Both the position numbers and the translations under genes were made by a program. Under the pieces are notes generated by a model. The model worked only from the letters and a program-made list of their open reading frames with translations. It had not been told where the DNA came from and did no database searches. Shown piece by piece: positions 36,235 to 43,417 of a DNA stretch of 59,217 nucleotides. This DNA comes from Candidatus Nomurabacteria bacterium. Its GTDB lineage: Bacteria; Patescibacteriota; Minisyncoccia; Phycocordibacterales; UBA9973. Every line of letters starts with the position of its first letter. Position 1 is the stretch's first letter. Where the stretch lies: contig CALRHR010000003.1 of NCBI GenBank assembly GCA_943359485.1, forward strand, positions 1-59,217, read 5' to 3'.

Positions 36235-36265
36235 AAAAAGAACCCATTTATCATGGGGTCTTTTT
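36235..36265 (-). terminator. rho-independent terminator after ORF 36274..36570
   Basis: AAAAAGAACCCAT-TTATC-ATGGGGTCTTTTT, 12 of 13 bp paired, with T runs on both strands. Confidence 0.55.
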
Positions 36266-36273
36266 GTTTTTTA

Positions 36274-36570
36274 CTATTTAGTCAGGCTGTTTCTTAAATC
36301 TTCAATCTTTTTCTTATCCTCAAGAATTTTTCTAGCTTTTTCTATCTGACTAAGGGCTTCTAGGCCTTGCTTTTGTATTTCGGCGACATCTTTTATACCC
36401 TTTGTTTCGTCGAGCAATGCTTCTTCAAAAAATGCAAAAGTTAATTTGTCCTGTATTTCTTCTGGAAATTTCTGCAAGTTATCAATCAAAAAACTTCGCG
36501 CGCCTTGCTCGTCGCCTTTTTCGACATACGCCATAAACTCATTATATAGATCTGAAAATGTATCGTTCAT
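36274..36570 (-). CDS. hypothetical protein
   Basis: 98-aa helical acidic ORF, translationally coupled (3-nt gap) to the upstream ORF. Confidence 0.4.
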   Translation of the reverse strand: MNDTFSDLYNEFMAYVEKGDEQGARSFLIDNLQKFPEEIQDKLTFAFFEEALLDETKGIKDVAEIQKQGLEALSQIEKARKILEDKKKIEDLRNSLTK

Positions 36571-36572
36571 AG

Positions 36573-37658
36573 TTATTTTAATGTATCTTTTTTATCATCA
36601 ATTTTTCCTTCAAATAAGGCTCCAAAAATACTAGTCCAAAATCCTTCATGACCCTTATTTTTTGTTCTGTATGCTTTTTTTTGATCATCGATAAACAGAT
36701 CTTTTAAATTATCTTTTTCATCGTCATCAGATCCATCATAATTCATTTTCTTTTTATATTCTGTCCAATCTTTATTAAATTGATTTTCATCAAAAGCGCC
36801 TAAAGCTTCTTTTTTACCACCTTCAAATCCGGACTTTGGTTCTACTGCCGGGGCACTTTCGGAAAGTAATTCCCTGGCGAAAGCATCTCTCATGTCTTTG
36901 TTTCCGCTCACACTAGTATAAAGCATATCACCAACGGCCTCTTTATATTTATCTAGCTCGGCGATAGAAAGTTCCATCTCTGCTTCCGCACTCTGCAACC
37001 CTTTTAAATTTCTAGCCGTTTTCAAAGTAATTGCATTCCAAACTTTCCAGCCTTCTTGTTTTTCTCCAGCTAACTTCTTTAAGGCCTCCTCTTTTTCTTT
37101 GGGGTCTTCTATATCCAAAGCTTCTAGGTATCCTTTTATAGAAATGTTATTATCCTTACAGAATTTCTCAACTTTGTCATTGGTTTTTTTATACTCTCCA
37201 TTTTTATAGCTATCATACTCTACTATCGGTTCTGCTATCCTGCTGAACCTCTCTCCATCAGTAAAACACATTTCTCTTAACTGACTTCGGATTGCCCGGA
37301 TGGCTTTTTGAGGACCCAGTATATTGATTATTTTTGCAAAATCAGGCTGACTACGAGCAATTTCAATTACATTTTCTTCGGTTAATAGTTTTTCAATTGT
37401 TTCTGACTCAATAACTTTTTCCGAATATTTTTTTCTATATTCTTCCAGAAGCTCAATGTCATCTTCTTCAAGATTCCCAGTGGCCACTCTTTTCCCAAGA
37501 CTTTCTTGTCCATCGTTATCAAGTAAAGTACCAAAAAGATGACTATTGGTCTTGTCATTTAATATCTCCGCTAAAGCATGACCCTTCGGAGGAGGTGTCG
37601 TGTGTTCTTCTTCCTGGCTTGCTTCTTTCTTTTTTCTAAAAGAGTCTATTATTCCCAT
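36573..37658 (-). CDS. hypothetical protein
   Basis: 361-aa soluble, charged protein, no motif recognised. Confidence 0.45.
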   Translation of the reverse strand: MGIIDSFRKKKEASQEEEHTTPPPKGHALAEILNDKTNSHLFGTLLDNDGQESLGKRVATGNLEEDDIELLEEYRKKYSEKVIESETIEKLLTEENVIEIARSQPDFAKIINILGPQKAIRAIRSQLREMCFTDGERFSRIAEPIVEYDSYKNGEYKKTNDKVEKFCKDNNISIKGYLEALDIEDPKEKEEALKKLAGEKQEGWKVWNAITLKTARNLKGLQSAEAEMELSIAELDKYKEAVGDMLYTSVSGNKDMRDAFARELLSESAPAVEPKSGFEGGKKEALGAFDENQFNKDWTEYKKKMNYDGSDDDEKDNLKDLFIDDQKKAYRTKNKGHEGFWTSIFGALFEGKIDDKKDTLK

Positions 37659-37736
37659 GGATTTTTATCTTAGTCTCTATTATATTCTACCTTTAATTTT
37701 TTGGCAAGGGACTGAGATTGGTGCGTTCATTAATGT

Positions 37737-40667
37737 TTAAGGCTTTATTTGAAAACCAAAATCCTCATTTAATTCTTTTATAATCTCTGGAGGCATTGGA
37801 AGTCTCTTCCCCTTTATACCATCTTCAGTAAAGTTCTCTGATGTTCCATCCTGGTATATTATTTTTCTTTTTGGTTTTCCCTCTGGGTAATAAGAAGTCC
37901 ATTCTTTTTTTCCTTCACTGTCAGTAGTTTCTATAAATCCTCCAGCTCGGAAAACTTTTCCTAGTCTTTCTTCCTCCGTCATTTTTGTTTCTAATTTGGC
38001 TTTTGCCTCTGTTTGAGGTTTTGTGGTGGGTGTTGTTGGTTGTATTCGTGGTGGACGTGGTGGAATCGTTGATGCTTCTGATGAAGCTCTTTGTTCTGGC
38101 TGGGGTGGTGGGGTAGGTTCTTGTGACATAGGTGGCTCTGCGGGGCTCTCTGTTTTTGGTATTGGTGAGGGTTTTGGGACTTCGATTGGTCCCGCTTCAC
38201 CTCTGGATAAATCAGGTGCTGATTTTTTATTTTTTGCTTTAGGATTTATCCTGCCGGCTGGTTCTTCTATTTTTTCTTTATTCAAATTTCTTGGTTCACC
38301 TGATTTTTTACCAAGATAACTAACTCCAGCCAGACCCCCCAGAATTCCAAGTCCAGCCAATATTGCAGTTCGCATTCTATTTTTCCCCCTATCAAAGAAT
38401 CCTGGTTTGCGAGGTGGAACGACACGACGAATTGGTTTAGGTTTTTCCCGTGGTGTGGGTGGGGTAAATGATGCAAGGGGTTGGGATGGTGGTGTACCTA
38501 CCGTTGTTTCATTATAAAATTTCTTTGCATAGACAAGGCCATTTTCTAGTTGAATACTTCCATCCGGATATGTAGTATCAACACCAGTGTGTCTTATGGC
38601 ATCACCAGATTTAATTAATTCTTCAATTATTTTAATACAATATAATGTATATTTTCCAGGTATAAGTTCTGTGTTACTTAAACCAAATGTATATTTTCCA
38701 GGTATACGTTTTACGCTAATTAAATCATCTGAAAATACATACTTACCATTAAAATCATAAAAAATATCATCACCTTCCCCAAAACAACCCGCGAAATCTC
38801 CTGGAATTATATGTTGTGTAAAATTAGCTGTTATTAATCTTGCTTTTTCTATATCTTCCTCCGTCGGCTCGGCGTTAGGATCAGCTCGGTGTTGGCGCTT
38901 TTGATCAGGAGTGAGTGTCGCGGGATGTCGGTCACCTTTGATTTTGTCATAATATTTTTTAGTATAAATACCATTCTGCTCAATTACAGGTTTCTGATTT
39001 TTGTCTAAAAAGCTATTAGGCGCTTGCACTAGAAACCCTTCTCTAAGCAAAACCCCAATAATTTTTTGAATGTAGGGCTTTTTTGTGTTATTATCTTCCC
39101 ATTCAAGATAATTTAAAATTGAATAGATACTAATAGGAAAAATTTCTCTTTCGAAGTTAGCCAAACCATCTTTAACTGTTTGGATATCCTCTGGCGTCGG
39201 CTCGCCTGCCAAATCTCGTACTTCTTCTGCTGGCTTTTTTACACCAGCTGGCTGTGCTGGGGGTGCAGTGGGTTCGGGCTGGGCCATAGCGGTTCTTGGT
39301 TGTTGCTCTGCTTCAATTTCTATATCATCAGGTTTTGGTTCAAAAGATGGGACTTTAACAGTATAAGGAGGTTTATCCATATTAATTACATAATCATTAC
39401 TATTAGTTACACCACCACTATTTGTTTGTGAAAAATTAGGACGTCTTGCTATATAACCATTATTGAATAGGAAAATTCTCAAAGCTTCTTTAAAACTAAC
39501 TGGAAAAAGGTCTGGTATAGGTTGTTTATCTCTGTCCACAAGAGTGTCTTTTGTATATAAAAAATCATCAAAAAAACTAAATACATTTTGTAATTCGTTG
39601 GGTATTTTGCCGGGCGTATCACCTCTTTCTTCCCTCGTTACAACAACAGCCCGTAGTAATTCTAAAAAGAAATTAGCAATTTCAATAAAATTTTGATTAA
39701 TTTCTACATTTTCTATATCTGAATATACAGGCTTACCATTATCAGTATATCTTGAAATAAGATTTTGCTTAAACACAAAAATCTTGGATTTTATGCTTTT
39801 ACATTTTTCACTTGCAATTAATTCATCAAAATCCGCCGGCTTGGCATCAGGATCAGCTCGGCGCTTTCGATCAAGAGTGGGTGTCGCGGGAGGTTGGTCA
39901 CCTTCTGATCCTGCACTAGCTGGGGCTGGGTCTGAAGTTGCCGCTGGTTGAGGTGGCTGTTTAGGTGTTTCAATAACAAATTCAGTATTTAAATTTTTTA
40001 AAGTTGAAACTAAACGATCTAAAAGACTACTACGATTATTTTCTAAAAGATTAGAACAAAGTAAAATAGTACTATTGCTACCAATAGTACCAAATGATGT
40101 TTCTAATATATTTGTAGCAGCAGCAAAATTTTTGATAAAAATTTCGAAACTAGATATCATTTTTCTAACTTCCTTTCTTTCTGTTTCTGGCAAAACTGAC
40201 CTACCCTGACTCTGAAAACATAATGATTCCAGTTCCCTCGTAATCCTTTGAATAAGTCCTTCGAATTCCTTAAATGTTTCGTAATTACGATATATAAGTG
40301 GCTGTCTATCAAAAGAAGCTATCTCTCTACTGGGCTCATAAAGTGGGCGCATATTATCAATGCTCGGTAAGTTGCTCAGAGCTTCTTGAAGAGAATTTAT
40401 TTCAGAATCATGATATTCGATTTTGATGACCACTTTTTCTTGTTGCCTTCTAGCTTCCACCTCTTCTGCAGCTCTATGGGCTCTAGCTGTTTCTTCTGCC
40501 TTAGCCCTAGCACGAGCTACTTCTTCCGCCGCCTCCTGGGTTCTTTGTTGTCTAAATCTTTCCGCTTCTGCTTCGGCCTTAGTACGGGCTTCTTCAGTTG
40601 TCTTCTTTTTTCCTTCCATGATACTTGTATTATATATTTTTTTAATATTTAACTCTAATTTCTCCAA
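37737..40667 (-). CDS. large modular hypothetical protein (976 aa) with coiled coil, three repeated modules, one TM segment and Pro-rich tail
   Basis: N-terminal Ala/Glu/Arg coiled coil and repeated linkers (RADPDAKPADFDELI / RADPNAEPTEEDIEK / GEPTPEDIQT). TM segment RTAILAGLGILGGLAGVSYLG and a Pro-rich C-terminus. Confidence 0.5.
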   Translation of the reverse strand: MEKLELNIKKIYNTSIMEGKKKTTEEARTKAEAEAERFRQQRTQEAAEEVARARAKAEETARAHRAAEEVEARRQQEKVVIKIEYHDSEINSLQEALSNLPSIDNMRPLYEPSREIASFDRQPLIYRNYETFKEFEGLIQRITRELESLCFQSQGRSVLPETERKEVRKMISSFEIFIKNFAAATNILETSFGTIGSNSTILLCSNLLENNRSSLLDRLVSTLKNLNTEFVIETPKQPPQPAATSDPAPASAGSEGDQPPATPTLDRKRRADPDAKPADFDELIASEKCKSIKSKIFVFKQNLISRYTDNGKPVYSDIENVEINQNFIEIANFFLELLRAVVVTREERGDTPGKIPNELQNVFSFFDDFLYTKDTLVDRDKQPIPDLFPVSFKEALRIFLFNNGYIARRPNFSQTNSGGVTNSNDYVINMDKPPYTVKVPSFEPKPDDIEIEAEQQPRTAMAQPEPTAPPAQPAGVKKPAEEVRDLAGEPTPEDIQTVKDGLANFEREIFPISIYSILNYLEWEDNNTKKPYIQKIIGVLLREGFLVQAPNSFLDKNQKPVIEQNGIYTKKYYDKIKGDRHPATLTPDQKRQHRADPNAEPTEEDIEKARLITANFTQHIIPGDFAGCFGEGDDIFYDFNGKYVFSDDLISVKRIPGKYTFGLSNTELIPGKYTLYCIKIIEELIKSGDAIRHTGVDTTYPDGSIQLENGLVYAKKFYNETTVGTPPSQPLASFTPPTPREKPKPIRRVVPPRKPGFFDRGKNRMRTAILAGLGILGGLAGVSYLGKKSGEPRNLNKEKIEEPAGRINPKAKNKKSAPDLSRGEAGPIEVPKPSPIPKTESPAEPPMSQEPTPPPQPEQRASSEASTIPPRPPRIQPTTPTTKPQTEAKAKLETKMTEEERLGKVFRAGGFIETTDSEGKKEWTSYYPEGKPKRKIIYQDGTSENFTEDGIKGKRLPMPPEIIKELNEDFGFQIKP

Positions 40668-40730
40668 AGTCTCATTATATTAAACAATAAATTACATAAT
40701 TCTGTCAAATTTTAGACCAAAACCACTTAT

Positions 40731-41047
40731 CCCCTACACCTTTCGTTTCATTGAAGACTTTTGGAAATTCTTTTCTTGAGTTGTCCGAGCGCCCGCCCAT
40801 CTTTTTTTAAGCTGTGTTCTAGTGTTCTTGCATCATATTCATTTGTGTAAGCTTCGTAATATCTAAGTTCAAAAGGCACTCTTGCTTTGGTTGAACGATT
40901 AAGTCCGTTGTTGTGTTCCGAAAGTCTTCGCTTCAGATCATTCGTTGAACCGATATATAATTTGTCATCTTGAAGACTTTTTAATATATAAACATAATAC
41001 ATAGATAGTATTGTACGATCTGAAGCGATAAAACGAAAGGTGTGGGG
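40731..41047. mobile_element. GIY-YIG gene cassette bracketed by 18-bp inverted repeats
   Basis: CCCCTACACCTTTCGTTT (40731-40748) versus AAACGAAAGGTGTGGGGG (41030-41047), complementary at 17 of 18 positions. Confidence 0.45.
40748..41002 (-). CDS. GIY-YIG nuclease family protein (UPF0213-like)
   Basis: MYYVYILKSLQDDKLYIGSTNDLKRRLSEHN.. Start taken at the ATG at 41002; the longer listed ORF runs into the inverted repeat. Confidence 0.75.
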   Translation of the reverse strand: MYYVYILKSLQDDKLYIGSTNDLKRRLSEHNNGLNRSTKARVPFELRYYEAYTNEYDARTLEHSLKKDGRALGQLKKRISKSLQ

Positions 41048-41162
41048 GTTATCCACACCACCCCCTTCCCAGATTGACTTTGACCCTTTTTTGGGCTACC
41101 CTATAAAGGTACCTTTCGAAGGCAGTTATGAAAAAATGGTTGAAATCAGGGACGATGGTACT

Positions 41163-42212
41163 ATGATGAGAACTTTACCTAAAATATTCAGCAATTTACT
41201 GGCCTTTTCCCTTTTATTGGGGGTCTTTTTTTTGCCATTACAAGCAGAAGCTCAGTTTTTTACTTCTCTCTTTGGAGGTGAGGTATATGCGCAAGAATCT
41301 TCTCAATCTGACTGTAATAATACAAATTGCGCGCTTATGGCTGGTGTTTCTCCTGCCTCAGGAGATGAAAATAATGATGTAAATATTGTTTTAGATAATA
41401 CCATTCTTTCTGTAGTCGGTACACGAGGGATGTCTGATGGGTTTCTGGGCGAAGGGTTGTTTTCTGATCAAGTAACTAATTATAAAGTGCGAGATGGTGA
41501 TTCAGTATCTGCGATAGCCAAGATGTTTGGGGTGTCAGTTAATACTATTTACTGGGCAAACGACTTAAAAAAAGGAGACAAGTTGAAAACTGGGCAAGAT
41601 TTGATCGTTCTGCCTTTTGATGGTCTGACTCACACAGTGAAAATAAAAGAAACCTTGGATGGTATTGCCAAGTTGTATGACGCCGATGTTGCTGACATTC
41701 TTGCTTTTAACGGACTTACCAAAGAGGACAAGCTGATCGTAGGTGAAGAGTTGGTGATTCCTGATGGGCAGAAAGCCGAAGAACGCAATAAAACAGTGGC
41801 GAGCTCTAGCTCTAGCTCTAGCCCTAGATCGAGTTCCTATAGTCAAAATTTAAAAAGTGTTGACGGCTACTTCATTTATCCTTTACCTAAAGGCCCTAGA
41901 ATCAGAAAAACTCAAGGTATCCATGATAAATATGCTATCGACATAGGTGCCCCAGCTGGTACACCGATCTATGCAGCCGCTTCAGGTTCAGTTGTTATTG
42001 CTAGGACTGGATATAATGGAGGTTATGGGACTTTTGTAGTTATTAAGCATCCAAATGGCACAGAGAGCCGTTATGCGCATATGTCCAAGCTTGGCACTAG
42101 CACCGGCAAACAAGTTTCACAAGGAGAAGTTATAGGTTTTGTGGGTACCACTGGCCGTTCCACAGGCAACCACTTACACATTGAAATTCGGGGAGCAAAA
42201 AATCCTTTCTAA
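41163..42212 (+). CDS. LysM-domain M23 family metallopeptidase
   Basis: Signal peptide from MMRTLPKIF.., two LysM repeats (YKVRDGDSVSAIAKMFG.., HTVKIKETLDGIAKLYD..), and M23 motifs HxxxD-like GIHDKYAIDI and GNHLHIEIR. Confidence 0.85.
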   Translation: MMRTLPKIFSNLLAFSLLLGVFFLPLQAEAQFFTSLFGGEVYAQESSQSDCNNTNCALMAGVSPASGDENNDVNIVLDNTILSVVGTRGMSDGFLGEGLFSDQVTNYKVRDGDSVSAIAKMFGVSVNTIYWANDLKKGDKLKTGQDLIVLPFDGLTHTVKIKETLDGIAKLYDADVADILAFNGLTKEDKLIVGEELVIPDGQKAEERNKTVASSSSSSSPRSSSYSQNLKSVDGYFIYPLPKGPRIRKTQGIHDKYAIDIGAPAGTPIYAAASGSVVIARTGYNGGYGTFVVIKHPNGTESRYAHMSKLGTSTGKQVSQGEVIGFVGTTGRSTGNHLHIEIRGAKNPF

Positions 42213-42246
42213 TCTAATTTAGTAATTCACAGATATGGTTTTTATG

Positions 42247-42317
42247 TGCGGGATAGGCGAATCGAACGCCTGCCAAAAGATTGGAAATCTTTTGTTCTAC
42301 CACTAAACTAATCCCGC
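42247..42317 (-). tRNA. tRNA-Gly (anticodon UCC)
   Basis: Minus strand reads GCGGGATTAGTTTAGTGGTAGAACAAAAGATTTCCAATCTTTTGGCAGGCGTTCGATTCGCCTATCCCGCA. Cloverleaf arms pair and the loop TTTCCAA gives UCC. No encoded CCA. Confidence 0.9.
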
Positions 42318-42406
42318 AGTATTTTCATATTACCATATAATCTAGTTAATTCAAGAATTTTTTTGAATTTTCTTCTCATTGTGTTATAGTAAAAAAGTTT
42401 CAACTG

Positions 42407-42477
42407 CGGGCTGTAGTATATCGGTTGTACAAGTGCTTTGGGAGCATTTAGGCTGGGTTCGACTCCCAGCAGCCCGA
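42407..42477 (+). tRNA. tRNA-Pro (anticodon UGG)
   Basis: CGGGCTGTAGTATATCGGTTGTACAAGTGCTTTGGGAGCATTTAGGCTGGGTTCGACTCCCAGCAGCCCGA. C1-G72 pair, loop TTTGGGA with G37. No encoded CCA. Confidence 0.85.
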
Positions 42478-42479
42478 AT

Positions 42480-42905
42480 TTATAAAATAATATCACTGAC
42501 CACTTTTACTCTCGCTTTCCTTTCTTTTAAACTTAAGTAAACAACTAGTAAATCCACTTGCCACTCCACAGCATCAAGTTTTTTCGCTAAAATATAAGTT
42601 TGAATAACTCGGGATAACCTTTTAAGCTTTTGAGTGTGCATATTGTCTTCAGGTCTGTGCTCGTATCTTTCATCGTTATCGTCATAAGATTTTGGCATGA
42701 AAATATTTAATGTTTCACGGGAAACAGACTTAACTTCAACGAAATACAGTTTATTCTTTTTTTGAGCTACGATGTCTATCTCGCCCCATTTTTTAGTGTA
42801 ATTGCGGTCTAATATTTTAAAGTCATGTTTCATGAGAAACTTTACAGCTATATTTTCACCAATTTCTCCGGTCTTTTGAGTGTCAGATGTAAATATTTTC
42901 GGCAT
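42480..42905 (-). CDS. yraN: YraN-family (UPF0102) endonuclease
   Basis: GEIGENIAVKFLMKHDFKILDRNYTKKWGEIDIVAQKKNKLYFVEVKS.. matches the YraN core. An internal insertion follows VEVKS. Confidence 0.8.
   Translation of the reverse strand: MPKIFTSDTQKTGEIGENIAVKFLMKHDFKILDRNYTKKWGEIDIVAQKKNKLYFVEVKSVSRETLNIFMPKSYDDNDERYEHRPEDNMHTQKLKRLSRVIQTYILAKKLDAVEWQVDLLVVYLSLKERKARVKVVSDIIL
42711..42726. promoter_or_regulatory. parS-like site (TGTTTCACGGGAAACA) inside yraN
   Basis: One mismatch from the palindromic ParB-binding consensus TGTTTCACGTGAAACA. Confidence 0.55.
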
Positions 42906-42913
42906 ATTTTGGT

Positions 42914-42945
42914 TGTTTCACGAGAAACATGTTTCATGTGAAACA
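42914..42945. promoter_or_regulatory. two abutting parS-like sites (TGTTTCACGAGAAACA + TGTTTCATGTGAAACA)
   Basis: Each 16-mer has one mismatch from TGTTTCACGTGAAACA. The pair is intergenic and directly adjacent. Confidence 0.6.
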
Positions 42946-43040
42946 AAAAAGGTAATTTTTATGTCTTTTGCTAATTTAGTTCTATTTTTTAACATATTTT
43001 CGATAAAATTTTTTGTAAAAGACAGTTTTTAATATGTCCG

Positions 43041-43069
43041 TTATACACATATCAACAGACTTATCCACA
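43041..43069. promoter_or_regulatory. pair of DnaA boxes (TTATACACA, TTATCCACA) in an AT-rich intergenic region
   Basis: Perfect TTATCCACA at 43061-43069 and a one-mismatch box at 43041-43049, same orientation, 20-bp phasing. Confidence 0.45.
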
Positions 43070-43135
43070 GTTTTTAACTAAATCTGCATATAAAACAAAA
43101 GAAAAAATAAAAATATAAAGGACAAATATTTTCTG

Positions 43136-43206
43136 TGCGGCCATGGAGAATCGAACTCCAATTTCATCCTTGGCAAGGACGTGTTTTACCACTAAACTAT
43201 GACCGC
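43136..43206 (-). tRNA. tRNA-Gly (anticodon GCC)
   Basis: Minus strand reads GCGGTCATAGTTTAGTGGTAAAACACGTCCTTGCCAAGGATGAAATTGGAGTTCGATTCTCCATGGCCGCA. Loop TTGCCAA. No encoded CCA. Confidence 0.9.
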
Positions 43207-43335
43207 AATTTTAAAAAATCTTCTAAATTATAGTATTTTATATAAACTAATGCAACCACAAAATAATCTTATAAAACAAGTATTTTTTGTCTTTTTTTAA
43301 AATAGTGTATAATATTAATATTAATAAATAATTTT

Positions 43336-43407
43336 GCGCCTGTAGCTCAACGGATAGAGTACTCGTCTTCGGAACGAGTGATGTGGGTTCAATTCCTGCC
43401 GGGCGCA
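43336..43407 (+). tRNA. tRNA-Arg (anticodon UCG)
   Basis: GCGCCTGTAGCTCAACGGATAGAGTACTCGTCTTCGGAACGAGTGATGTGGGTTCAATTCCTGCCGGGCGCA. Loop CTTCGGA. No encoded CCA. Confidence 0.85.
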
Positions 43408-43417
43408 CAAAAGTTTC

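Noticed and set aside
41003-41162. N-terminal extensions of the GIY-YIG ORF (to 41056) and of the M23 peptidase ORF (from 41040)
   Set aside because: Both extensions read through the inverted repeat and DnaA-box region and overlap each other. Internal ATG starts give a canonical GIY-YIG N-terminus and a proper signal peptide.
42308-42496. Listed 62-aa ORF on the minus strand
   Set aside because: It overlaps tRNA-Gly(UCC) and the whole of tRNA-Pro(UGG), so it is spurious.
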